This document shows, piece by piece, positions 1 through 8,851 of a DNA stretch of 64,000 nucleotides; the stretch's first letter is position 1, and the number at the start of each line of letters is the position of its first letter. Below the pieces are notes generated by a model, which saw only the letters and a list, made by a program, of their open reading frames with translations, was not told the DNA's origin and searched no databases. This stretch comes from a virus. The position numbers and the translations under genes were made by a program. The stretch lies in IMG/VR virus record IMGVR_UViG_3300046514_000653, positions 1-64,000 of that record. One strand, written 5' to 3'.

Positions 1-209
1 GAGGTGGATAGATGACGTGACGATCGTAGCGAATTGTACGTCAGCGAATATTTATTTTTGCCGTGATTACATAGACATACACATACACCAGAGACTAGTG
101 GCAAATGAGGAGTTGAACGTATAACAGAGACAGGGTTAGACTATAGCTGCCCCACGTGTTATACGCGTGGGAGACTTACAGCCTGCGAGACAGGCAGAAA
201 GCAAAGGCA

Positions 210-431
210 ATGCAAACACAACAGACACTGATTGGGATACAGGATCGGTATATTCAATCGGTCCTCAGAGCAAAGGAGCGTACGCGCGCCATGGTACGTG
301 GGAAAGCACGCGCTAGTATGGTCCGTTCACTGGCGTCGCTTGGCTTCACGTTCAATCAGATTCAATACGCAATTGACGATGCACGAGACATCGCAACGCT
401 AGAGATGATCGCACGCAAGGCAGGTAACTAA
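210..431 (+). CDS. hypothetical early protein
   Basis: ORF 156..431; ATG at 210 preferred; tightly packed with the following genes. Confidence 0.6.
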   Translation: MQTQQTLIGIQDRYIQSVLRAKERTRAMVRGKARASMVRSLASLGFTFNQIQYAIDDARDIATLEMIARKAGN

Positions 432-434
432 CCC

Positions 435-638
435 ATGATCCAACTGAAGCTAGCTCGACAGTTCGGCATGCTGACAGTCAGCCTGTTGTACAACGGCCAC
501 TGTGCAGTCAAGGTGAGTATGAGAGTACTGCCGTTCAAGACAACTCAACGGATAAGCTCGGATCGCGCGGACCGCGTGCAAAGGGCCATGGATCGGGTGA
601 TGTGGAATGAGCAACAGTTCAACGGAGGTGGCAGATAA
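435..638 (+). CDS. hypothetical early protein
   Basis: 67-aa ORF; TAATG stop/start overlap with the next gene, preceded by GGAGG. Confidence 0.65.
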   Translation: MIQLKLARQFGMLTVSLLYNGHCAVKVSMRVLPFKTTQRISSDRADRVQRAMDRVMWNEQQFNGGGR

Positions 639-2128
639 TGACCACTCTACAAAACAGAATCATCGCGCGGATTGACCAGCATGGAGTTGCAGTACTGGCC
701 ACAAAACAGAATCCGCAGGCATACCGGACCGCGCGCGCGTTGATGAAACACGGTTATACGTACTACGGGACAGGGCAGCATGTGGCCATTGGTACGACTG
801 CCGTAGTCTGTGAGATGGCTGTCACGTGGGCAAACAATCGGCACGAGGTTAGTCGATTCAATGCTAAGAATCCGGAAGTGCCATTGGTAGTCAATCCACC
901 CCACTATAAAGACTTCCCAGGGATTGAGATTCCCGACTTTCTACGTGGGGACGCATGGACTGATCAATCGTGGAAAAATGACGCATGCGCGCATAGTGAG
1001 ATGAGTCTAGAGATTCAATCTCCCTCTGTGGTCGACCAGCTAGACCCGGTATTGACGGTGTGGGTCGAATACGAAAAACCAGAGGACAGAGAGATGACGA
1101 ATCGGTTTGTTGTCGGGTATGCACCGAACCGGGACAGAGACAGCATGGACCATACCCTATACATCGGGGATGATCCGGAGCTAGCCAAACGCGCGGTAGA
1201 TGAATTCCTGGTGCTGTATCGCGCCAAGTGTCCCGTCTGTCATTGCTGTATGTCAATCCGGAATCCGGGGACGTGTCAAGACTGCGATTACATAAAACCT
1301 AAAACGGATCGGGACAAACAAGCGGTCCTGTATTGTACAGGGCAATGGGTGGTAGTGCCATTGGATCATGTGCTAGATGATCGGCGGAATAATGCGGCAG
1401 TCGAGACCGCTCAACATCACAGCAGTGGACTCCGCGCGTTTAAGTGCCAATTGTGCATAGACGGAATTGAACACCCGAACGAAGCGGATATGCAGGAGGA
1501 AGCAAGGAAGGATAAGGCAGCATATCAGGCAGAGGTGTTTACAGTCGATCCGGATCAGTTCGGCGAATCTGAATGGGAAGAGATGTTTAACGCGTGCGAG
1601 TTGATACCGCCGAATGAGGACAAGACGCCAGCGGAGCAAAAACACAGAGCAAAGGCGTTTACCGCCACGAGGGAGGACATCCAGCAAGCGATAGCGAGTT
1701 GTGAGAGCAAAGCCGAACGTGTAAGGGCAGGCGAGTTAGGCAAGACTGACGAAGGGGAAGGAGTTGATATAGACGATTGGGCAAATGATCTAGAGACCGC
1801 TGCTGCTGTCCTCCGTGAACTGATCGGCGAAATTAGACCACTCGATCCTGGTTTCATGCGACCAGTAGACAGCCAGAACACAAAGCACATGGAATTGATT
1901 CGTGATCTGTGGTGGTTTATCGAAAACGTTTCAGAGACGACGCCAGATAGAACGGATCGGTTTTTCGCCTTGCGTGAACGCGTGAGAGGTATGTCTCAAG
2001 ATCTGGTCTCCTGCCCCAAATGCGGTAAACAGATAGCACGCAAGGATGCTGTAACGGATCAGGGGACAGGGGAAGAGACAGGCCGAACGTTCACCTATTG
2101 TTCAGAGTTTTGTAAGGAGACTCATTAA
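638..2128 (+). CDS. multi-domain hypothetical protein with several Zn-ribbon (CxxC) motifs
   Basis: 496 aa; CPVC..CQDC, CQLC, and C-terminal CPKC...YCSEFC. Confidence 0.75.
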   Translation: MTTLQNRIIARIDQHGVAVLATKQNPQAYRTARALMKHGYTYYGTGQHVAIGTTAVVCEMAVTWANNRHEVSRFNAKNPEVPLVVNPPHYKDFPGIEIPDFLRGDAWTDQSWKNDACAHSEMSLEIQSPSVVDQLDPVLTVWVEYEKPEDREMTNRFVVGYAPNRDRDSMDHTLYIGDDPELAKRAVDEFLVLYRAKCPVCHCCMSIRNPGTCQDCDYIKPKTDRDKQAVLYCTGQWVVVPLDHVLDDRRNNAAVETAQHHSSGLRAFKCQLCIDGIEHPNEADMQEEARKDKAAYQAEVFTVDPDQFGESEWEEMFNACELIPPNEDKTPAEQKHRAKAFTATREDIQQAIASCESKAERVRAGELGKTDEGEGVDIDDWANDLETAAAVLRELIGEIRPLDPGFMRPVDSQNTKHMELIRDLWWFIENVSETTPDRTDRFFALRERVRGMSQDLVSCPKCGKQIARKDAVTDQGTGEETGRTFTYCSEFCKETH

Positions 2129-2129
2129 C

Positions 2130-3347
2130 ATGAAACATGTGTACAGCGACAACAAAGAGATAGCCCACCTCTGGTTTCACGAAGCGCAAGGTAACGCGCG
2201 GAATCCCCAGGGGAACTTTTACTACCAGGGAGACACGATCTATAGCTATGGGTCACACTTCCCTATCGCGCGTCTCTGCCAGAATCGCAAGGGTGAAAAG
2301 GCGGTATTGTTCACGACTAGGAAGTATAGGAACACTACCGCCAAGCACATCGGGATTGTGTGGTCTGCTATTCGGAGGTGGGATAAAGACTTCGTTACAG
2401 GGGACGGTCCCTATGATCGTGGTACGTGGGTCGACGCAGGCAGGAAGATATTCTCTGTCTATAACCCTGCCTTGCGTTTCGAGTCCACTAACAAACAATG
2501 GCGCAAGGAAGATTTAGACAAGACTATGAGAGGGTGGAATGGCCGAATCAAGGATGCGCTAGACAATGTCATCACCCCACGCATCAGGAAGGAGACTAAA
2601 GCACGCAACTACGCCAGCGCAGTCGAACTGATCACAGAAGGGAATGAGTTCTGTACTTTCTTCGGGATCAGGAAACGTTGGTCTCTTCCCACCTCGATGG
2701 AAGGTCTCGCAGGCGAACTACAGGAAGCCAAGAAACGCGCGGACGCCAAAGAGCAAAGACAGATAGCCAAGAATACACGAGACCGCATAGCGCGCGGTCA
2801 TACGTTACGGCAGGAGTATGCACGCGCGTTACCGATGTGGCTCGATGGAAAGATTCCGAAACTACCACCTAATCCGGATGTTGAACTGACAGCCTATCTG
2901 CGGATTGTCCCGAAGATTGCTTATGAGACGTTCACGGCAGAGACTGAGCGAGAGGTGGAAACGTCGCAAGGCGCAAGGTTCCCGCTGTCGCATGCCGTAC
3001 GCGCGTTGAGACTGATCCGCGGATTGCAACAATCAGCTGAACGCAGGCTACTCAATGAATCTCGTGAATCTGCCTTTGCCGATCCGTTGTTTGTGCGCAA
3101 CGGCCACTCGATCAAACTAGGCTATTACCAGATTGATCGGATCGAGTCAGACGGGACGATTAAGGCAGGCTGTCATGTGGTGAGTGGGGCGGAGTTTGAA
3201 CGATTCGCCCTAGTGGTCAAAGAATACATGCGGTCTCTGCCGCCTGCTGAATCTGCCGCCGATCCGGAATTTTGTGAATGTGGCCGTAATCCTCAAGACT
3301 GCACAACGTTTGAAGATTCTGAAGCCGAACACGGAGACAGGAGCTAG
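2130..3347 (+). CDS. conserved phage hypothetical protein
   Basis: 405 aa; AAGGAG RBS; N-terminal IYSYGSHFPIA...YRNTTAKH motif resembles a common phage early-protein family. Confidence 0.75.
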   Translation: MKHVYSDNKEIAHLWFHEAQGNARNPQGNFYYQGDTIYSYGSHFPIARLCQNRKGEKAVLFTTRKYRNTTAKHIGIVWSAIRRWDKDFVTGDGPYDRGTWVDAGRKIFSVYNPALRFESTNKQWRKEDLDKTMRGWNGRIKDALDNVITPRIRKETKARNYASAVELITEGNEFCTFFGIRKRWSLPTSMEGLAGELQEAKKRADAKEQRQIAKNTRDRIARGHTLRQEYARALPMWLDGKIPKLPPNPDVELTAYLRIVPKIAYETFTAETEREVETSQGARFPLSHAVRALRLIRGLQQSAERRLLNESRESAFADPLFVRNGHSIKLGYYQIDRIESDGTIKAGCHVVSGAEFERFALVVKEYMRSLPPAESAADPEFCECGRNPQDCTTFEDSEAEHGDRS

Positions 3348-3349
3348 CC

Positions 3350-3883
3350 ATGTCTTACGAAATTGCTGGGGTGGTTGGGGACGTTAACCCCATTCAATAC
3401 GGAGGGTGGCTAGTAGGACTCAAAGCTACTCACGTCGACGCGATTGTAATCGAGCCGATTGATTGGGAAGAAAACGGAAAACGACAGGGAGATGGGGTGG
3501 ATTGTCTCACCTATACAGTTGCTCTGGATCGGTTCAAATTAGTTTGTGATGTCGCCGATCCAATTAACGATGCTGGCTTCCTGGTGCCTGATTCGTGGAA
3601 TAACTCGTGGCCATGGGGGCCGACTAATCATGAGTGGTGGGATGAGCCAGAATTCCACAAGAACTTCACAGAGTCCACTAACCTGCCATGGTCGGATTTT
3701 GTCGAGTCCATCTGTAGCGATGATCCAATCAAACGCGCGTGTGCGTGGCAGGAGATTGCCAGCTATTACGGCATTCAAAATCTCGATGATCAGCCGATCC
3801 GTGAGACTGAAGCGGAGTTAAAAAAGAAGTTTGCTCTGCCGTTCTATCGCGCAAGGAAACGAGGTATAAGAGTCTACCTCTAG
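3350..3883 (+). CDS. hypothetical protein
   Basis: 177-aa ORF with AGGAG RBS. Confidence 0.75.
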   Translation: MSYEIAGVVGDVNPIQYGGWLVGLKATHVDAIVIEPIDWEENGKRQGDGVDCLTYTVALDRFKLVCDVADPINDAGFLVPDSWNNSWPWGPTNHEWWDEPEFHKNFTESTNLPWSDFVESICSDDPIKRACAWQEIASYYGIQNLDDQPIRETEAELKKKFALPFYRARKRGIRVYL

Positions 3884-4011
3884 CCTAGGGACTGCTAGCG
3901 TTCAGCGGTCTCGACTACTTCAGTCTAGATCACTGACCGCTGGGAGACACCTAAGGCTAGTAACTAGAGTTGCTGGCTAGTGAATCCAGAAAGCAAAAGG
4001 AAGATAACCAA

Positions 4012-4308
4012 ATGTCCCAGAACACAAACGGTATGACCTATCAGCAGGCGGCAAAACAAGCATTAGAGATTCAAGATGCATGTAACCTCTCTGGTATCGC
4101 ATTTTCATTCGCCCGCGCGATACAAGCGGTATGCGACGAATCGACCAGATTAGGCAAAGGCACCGATTGGAAAAACACGAATCCGATTGTAACTCTGCAT
4201 TTGCTCAAGATGGCAGAGTTGAACGGATGCGGAAGTACACTCCATTCCAGCTATGATCAGGCGGAAACGGAATGCAGGCAGATTGCAGAATCGGCAGAGG
4301 TGGTCTAG
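4012..4308 (+). CDS. hypothetical protein
   Basis: ATG at 4012 within ORF 3970..4308; AAGGAAG upstream. Confidence 0.7.
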   Translation: MSQNTNGMTYQQAAKQALEIQDACNLSGIAFSFARAIQAVCDESTRLGKGTDWKNTNPIVTLHLLKMAELNGCGSTLHSSYDQAETECRQIAESAEVV

Positions 4309-4310
4309 TG

Positions 4311-4715
4311 ATGACGAAGCAAGAACGGTTTTTTTATGACCAAGCTGGTTACAGCTATGACCCTAAGACGGAGACAGAAAAAACCGGCCGTGAACGTGGA
4401 GCAAAGCATTTAGCCCAAGCGGAGACATACGCGCGGGAACAAGGATGGTACTTTCAATGGGAGCATGAGCAAGAGAGACCGGAAAACGTACTTGGGAAAC
4501 GTTGCACGAAGCGCAAATGCAATGATCCCAAGTGTCCTAACGTTCACTATGGCGCTAACTCCGAGTGGCTATGCTGCATCTTGTTCGATGAACCAGAGGG
4601 AAAGGTACTTAGCTCCCTCGGGATGATAGAAGAGCCAAGTCGAGAGTATCGGCGCGTAGTCGAAGCGGAGTTAGCTTGGGAAGCTATGCCAAATGAAACG
4701 GAGGTGAAAGCATGA
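4311..4715 (+). CDS. hypothetical protein
   Basis: GAGGTG RBS; ATGA overlap with the next gene. Confidence 0.7.
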   Translation: MTKQERFFYDQAGYSYDPKTETEKTGRERGAKHLAQAETYAREQGWYFQWEHEQERPENVLGKRCTKRKCNDPKCPNVHYGANSEWLCCILFDEPEGKVLSSLGMIEEPSREYRRVVEAELAWEAMPNETEVKA

Positions 4716-5383
4716 GTCTCACTCTCAAAGCAATGGAGTCACGCGCGGTCTCCGCCAAATCTGAGATTTTCAACTTTCGCATGGATGGACGCAAAAACTT
4801 TCTCACATGGCACGCGTTCCAACAGGCTGAAATACGCGTGTATGAGGAACAAACCGAACGATACCGCGCGATCGAAGCTAAGACTAAGGACGTGCGACGC
4901 AAGAAACGCGCGCAAAAGGGGTTAGATACCTGCATACGCGCGATAGCTGGAATCATTCGGGACATCCGGTATAACCAGGAAATACGCGCGAAACGCAAGG
5001 AAGATAGAGACGCATGGCAGGCGGAGGGTTGGAGACCGTTGAATGTAATTGACTCTGGTACATTCTCAACACAGCCATGGCCGCTAGAATACGCTGCTAG
5101 CCATGCCAGAAGAGAGCAAGAGACGCTGAAAGCACTAGGGTATGAATCAAGACAGGAATGCCCAGATTATCAAGCGCATCGTATCTATGATTCTTATTGG
5201 GGTACTACCTACAATCAGCCAAGCGGCCATGTGGTCATTCTAGTTAAGGTCGGGACGGAGCTAGAACTAGAATTGGCCAAACGCGCGTACAAACAACAGC
5301 AGGCGGAGTACTGGAAAGCTTTGCACGAAAAGTATAAATGGGATCTGCCGATTCCAGAGACCAGATTAAGAGATTGGAAGTAA
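4712..5383 (+). CDS. hypothetical protein
   Basis: 223 aa; GGAGGTG RBS. Confidence 0.7.
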   Translation: MSLTLKAMESRAVSAKSEIFNFRMDGRKNFLTWHAFQQAEIRVYEEQTERYRAIEAKTKDVRRKKRAQKGLDTCIRAIAGIIRDIRYNQEIRAKRKEDRDAWQAEGWRPLNVIDSGTFSTQPWPLEYAASHARREQETLKALGYESRQECPDYQAHRIYDSYWGTTYNQPSGHVVILVKVGTELELELAKRAYKQQQAEYWKALHEKYKWDLPIPETRLRDWK

Positions 5384-5390
5384 ACAGACC

Positions 5391-5696
5391 ATGAAGCGCA
5401 AACACTTTCTCCAGCTAGCCCATGCAATCCGCCGAATGTTCTCCGATCCGAATGAGGTAAAGTTCACCTCGATGCAACGTACGGCTATCGTCGACAACCT
5501 AGGGTACTTCGCACGCCAGATAACCCCAACATTCGACCAAGTACTTTTTCAGTTCGTTATCGACCATGGAAGAGAGATGAGCGACAACGAACGAGTCAAG
5601 GCAGGGATACCGCCAGCGGGTCGGGACATCAAAGTGCCGATCTATTGCGACTACTGCCAAACAAATCACGTAAGAGACGACAGACACAAAAAGTAG
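5391..5696 (+). CDS. hypothetical protein with C-terminal CxxC..H
   Basis: 101-aa ORF in operon spacing. Confidence 0.65.
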   Translation: MKRKHFLQLAHAIRRMFSDPNEVKFTSMQRTAIVDNLGYFARQITPTFDQVLFQFVIDHGREMSDNERVKAGIPPAGRDIKVPIYCDYCQTNHVRDDRHKK

Positions 5697-5711
5697 AGAG
5701 GACACAAGCAA

Positions 5712-6464
5712 ATGAAACGCGATCCAGTTTTAGCAGTTCGTAACTTTGCACGCGGTAGCAAGTACTTTCATAACCGGGTGCCTTTGACAGTGAGAGTGGA
5801 AGGAGGGCTAGAGTACATCAGAGGTAATGATAAACCCTACTTTACTCTCACTCTTGACATCCACCGAAAAGGTTTTCCCAATCAGTGTCAATCAGGCGGA
5901 TGTGATCACGAGACCATTTTGAAGTACTGGCCTAAGTTCAAGGACCTAGCTATCCTGCATTTAAGCGACATCGAAGGTCGACCAATGCACGGAGCTGCAA
6001 ACGCATGGTTTGACCTAGCTGGCTGTTTACCGGATAACGCAGGTCAGCAATTCCATGTCGGGAATTCCCAAAGACACTTTCCTAAGCCTGCCAACGCTCC
6101 ACGCAAGCATGCGTATGACGACACGGACTATCGGGTGCCGACTCCAGAGGAGTGTTTACAACTATTCGCCAATCACGTTAGGGTACCCCTTGGTATCGCG
6201 CGTCTAGTTCGGCAATTCGTAATCGAGAAAGCTTTGGCAGGCATTGAGGACCGAAAAGCATTAGAGCGGTCCGGATTCGCCTGTCTTGGAATTCATAGCC
6301 CTATGCCCCCATACGATTGGGCAAACGCGCGTACCTGGTTCAATGCATGGATCGAGTCTCAAAGCTTCAGATGGTTGCAGGAAGCAAATGCATGTATCGC
6401 GAAACACAACCTCCGGGTGTTCGGCGACACTTGGCCACCCGAAGTTAAAACAGAGGTGGCCTAA
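5712..6464 (+). CDS. conserved phage hypothetical protein
   Basis: 250 aa; GAGGA RBS; KPYF..GGCDHE..LHLSD..G.PMH pattern. Confidence 0.75.
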   Translation: MKRDPVLAVRNFARGSKYFHNRVPLTVRVEGGLEYIRGNDKPYFTLTLDIHRKGFPNQCQSGGCDHETILKYWPKFKDLAILHLSDIEGRPMHGAANAWFDLAGCLPDNAGQQFHVGNSQRHFPKPANAPRKHAYDDTDYRVPTPEECLQLFANHVRVPLGIARLVRQFVIEKALAGIEDRKALERSGFACLGIHSPMPPYDWANARTWFNAWIESQSFRWLQEANACIAKHNLRVFGDTWPPEVKTEVA

Positions 6465-6578
6465 GTGTACAAACGGATTACTAAAACAGCATGGACGCGC
6501 GCAGGCGGATTGTCTAACCCTAAGCTTTTCAGGCTGTATAAGAATGGGAGGTGGCAGTACTACGAATTCGCGACCTAG
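6465..6578 (+). CDS. small hypothetical protein (37 aa, not in ORF track)
   Basis: GAGGTG RBS then GTG: MYKRITKTAWTRAGGLSNPKLFRLYKNGRWQYYEFAT*. Confidence 0.55.
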   Translation: MYKRITKTAWTRAGGLSNPKLFRLYKNGRWQYYEFAT

Positions 6579-6632
6579 GAGCTAGTCTCCTGCAATGAGC
6601 GTTTGAAACAACGGCAGCTAGACTGCCAGATT

Positions 6633-6690
6633 CAAAAACGCCAGAGAGTCAATCGGGACATCGGTCCTGGTTTCCTCTCTGGCGTTTTTG
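6633..6690. terminator. probable bidirectional intrinsic terminator
   Basis: 16-bp perfect inverted repeat CAAAAACGCCAGAGAG (6633-6648) / CTCTCTGGCGTTTTTG (6675-6690) right after the early gene block. Confidence 0.75.
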
Positions 6691-6703
6691 CGTTTGGACA
6701 CAA

Positions 6704-6730
6704 GGAAGGAGCGGAAGGAGCGGAAGGAGC
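6704..6730 (+). repeat. 3 x 9-bp tandem repeat GGAAGGAGC
   Basis: read directly; followed by degenerate TAGACGGAGC. Confidence 0.9.
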
Positions 6731-7347
6731 TAGACGGAGCTAGGACAGCACAGGGCTAGTTACTAGCTGGTCGCTGGCGTCGCACAACTCGCAGGCCAAA
6801 ACCAACGCGTCTAGCGCGCGGGAATAGCAGGCTAGGAGGTCTCTGTACTTGTCCTCTTCCCATGTGGGGAATTCGGCAAGGCAGTCCGACCAGAAAGCCA
6901 GAGAGGATAGACAGTGTTGAATCAGGGGCATAAGTCTCCCTATCGGCAAGGCAGGAGGAAGTCTTTAGGGTGGTCAAAGGGATGATTCCTATGGGGGTAC
7001 ACTCGATTCCGCGCGGTCCGGAAGATAGCCAGCATGGGGCAGGCTGTCGACGCGTCCTAGCGCGTTTTGAAAATCGGCCTGCCATCCAGCTAGTACTTTG
7101 GACTAAGCCAGTACTTTGGGCTGAAAAGTACTCCAGATTAGGAAAGTGGTTTGTAAAAGCACTTTGGACAATAAAGCGAAGGAAAAGCGAAATTGACGTG
7201 AAGAAAAGGCGAAACCGAGAAAATTCAGCAAAAGTTCGGGTGAGTTGATCTTTCCTGGTGCCTGGATTCTGTCAGAAATGAAAACGGGAAAAGGGACAGG
7301 TCAAGGTCTGATTTGAAGGAGGGTCGGGGAGAGAAGTTGGCTAGTTA

Positions 7348-8655
7348 CTAGCCAAGCGTCGACTTCACTGCTTCTTCAAACGACAGGATGAACCGGGCGG
7401 CGAGTGGCGGTACTATAGCGTTTCCATACCCGCGTAGCTTTCCCAGCCTGGAGGGAACGCCAGCAGCCAGCGGGTGAATTCCGGGTTGAGTACGGCGGTA
7501 CTTTCCGTCGAGACAGGGGAGGAGGGTGAAGTAGGACCAGAAGTCGAAGTTGAAAGCAGCTTCGATACGTGAGTCACGAAGCGGTTGTTTCCCGCCTGAT
7601 GTTTGTCCTTCACTGTCGGAGACGTTGGGGAGTTCCAAAGAGCGATTCGAGATTGGTCGATTAGACTGCTCTGTCGATTGTTGCGGGATTTGCGATGAAC
7701 GTCCGGACCGCTCTGACCGTCGCGGGATTGAGGGCTGACCCAGTTTGCGATTAGATGAGCCACTTGGTTGTTGAGCTGCTCCCCCTTCTTGCCGCCACCG
7801 CGGAGGGAGTAGGGTTTGAGATTGGGGAAGCGGAAGTCGCGCTCGGCTGGAGATGCCCAGGAGGCTAGAGCTACTACGTTCTCCAAGCCCACTTGAATCT
7901 TCTTCCCTGCTTTGGATTTCATTGAGATGGTCTGTTCGTGGCTGATTGATCTGCCTCCTGCTGGAACGTTGACTGTCGGCCAGGAGGCGAGCTGGACCTG
8001 CATTGCTATTGGCATCCCCATGCCGTTGCGATTGATCCCTTTGAGCTTGATGCGCTCGCGCCGGGCTAGGAAGGTCTCTAGTCCTTCGCCGTTCTGCATC
8101 ACTGAGGCGTCCGGACTGGTCCAGCCTAAGATCCGCCCCTCCCCAGTACAACCGCTGCCTGATATGCGGCGCGCCGATGCTGTGTGCGCCCAGAACGGCC
8201 GACCCGCAGGCGTAGTCTTCTTCTTCCAGGTTTGTACAAACTCTATCGAGCCAGTGGTGTCCAATGCTTGCCGCAACTTGCTCCCCAAAGACACGGTGAG
8301 GATGCGAGAAAGCGATGAGGCGGAGGAAGTCTGGCCAGAGATCCCGCGGGTCGGCGTGAGCCCGGCGTTTGCCTGCGGTGGAGTAGGGCTGGCAGGGGCA
8401 GGAGCCGGTCCAGACCTGGCGGTCCTCTGGCCAGTTGGCGAGACGGAGCGCGAGCGGCCAGCCGCCGATTCCGGCAAAGAAGTGGACATGGGTGAAATCT
8501 TCAACATCGGTTGATTGTACTTCCTTGATGGAACGAGAGTCAACGAATCCGGCCGGGAGCCGTTTGGCTTTGATGAGCTGACGAAGCCAGTCGGCGCAGA
8601 AGGGATCGTTTTCGTTGTAGTAGGACCAGTGGCGGGATCGGCGGATGTAGGGCAT
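7348..8655 (-). CDS. DNA (cytosine-5) methyltransferase, alpha polypeptide
   Basis: motif I HFFAGIGG, motif IV GSCPCQPYS, motif VI FGEQV, motif VIII PHIRQRLY, motif X LRGYGNAIVP; motif IX missing from this frame. Confidence 0.9.
   Translation of the reverse strand: MPYIRRSRHWSYYNENDPFCADWLRQLIKAKRLPAGFVDSRSIKEVQSTDVEDFTHVHFFAGIGGWPLALRLANWPEDRQVWTGSCPCQPYSTAGKRRAHADPRDLWPDFLRLIAFSHPHRVFGEQVAASIGHHWLDRVCTNLEEEDYACGSAVLGAHSIGAPHIRQRLYWGGADLRLDQSGRLSDAERRRTRDLPSPARAHQAQRDQSQRHGDANSNAGPARLLADSQRSSRRQINQPRTDHLNEIQSREEDSSGLGERSSSSLLGISSRARLPLPQSQTLLPPRWRQEGGAAQQPSGSSNRKLGQPSIPRRSERSGRSSQIPQQSTEQSNRPISNRSLELPNVSDSEGQTSGGKQPLRDSRIEAAFNFDFWSYFTLLPCLDGKYRRTQPGIHPLAAGVPSRLGKLRGYGNAIVPPLAARFILSFEEAVKSTLG
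7413..8507 (-). CDS. putative methyltransferase beta polypeptide in an overlapping frame (motif IX plus five repeated modules)
   Basis: frame is open 7413..8807; ends LNPEFTRWLLAFPPGW (motif IX-like); start uncertain (ATG at 8507 or 8489, or further downstream). Confidence 0.65.
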   Translation of the reverse strand: MLKISPMSTSLPESAAGRSRSVSPTGQRTARSGPAPAPASPTPPQANAGLTPTRGISGQTSSASSLSRILTVSLGSKLRQALDTTGSIEFVQTWKKKTTPAGRPFWAHTASARRISGSGCTGEGRILGWTSPDASVMQNGEGLETFLARRERIKLKGINRNGMGMPIAMQVQLASWPTVNVPAGGRSISHEQTISMKSKAGKKIQVGLENVVALASWASPAERDFRFPNLKPYSLRGGGKKGEQLNNQVAHLIANWVSPQSRDGQSGPDVHRKSRNNRQSSLIDQSRIALWNSPTSPTVKDKHQAGNNRFVTHVSKLLSTSTSGPTSPSSPVSTESTAVLNPEFTRWLLAFPPGWESYAGMETL

Positions 8656-8800
8656 GGAAAAGGACAGGATAGCACAGAAGTGAGGTTCCACACACAAGCA
8701 CCCGTGATCATCTTTTTAGATGAGAAGAAAGATAGAAGATATAACAATAGAGATAATAGAGGAGTACAGACAAAAGATAAAAGGAGGGTAGGTGTTTTTA

Positions 8801-8829
8801 TTGACACGAATACAGCGGTATGGTATAGT
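8801..8829 (+). promoter_or_regulatory. sigma70-type promoter
   Basis: TTGACA-17 bp-TATAGT with extended TG. Confidence 0.8.
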
Positions 8830-8851
8830 GTTGAGAAAGTGTTTTAAACCA

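Noticed and set aside
6286-7248. ORFs 6286..6585, 6740..6949, 6756..7085 and 6970..7248
   Set aside because: They overlap real genes or repeats, lack RBSs or protein-like composition, and probably arise by chance.
8656-8807. Hydrophobic N-terminus (MSIKTPTLLLSFV...) of ORF 7413..8807 as a membrane anchor
   Set aside because: It is the translation of the pyrimidine-rich complement of the intergenic purine tract and overlaps the divergent promoter; unlikely to be coding.
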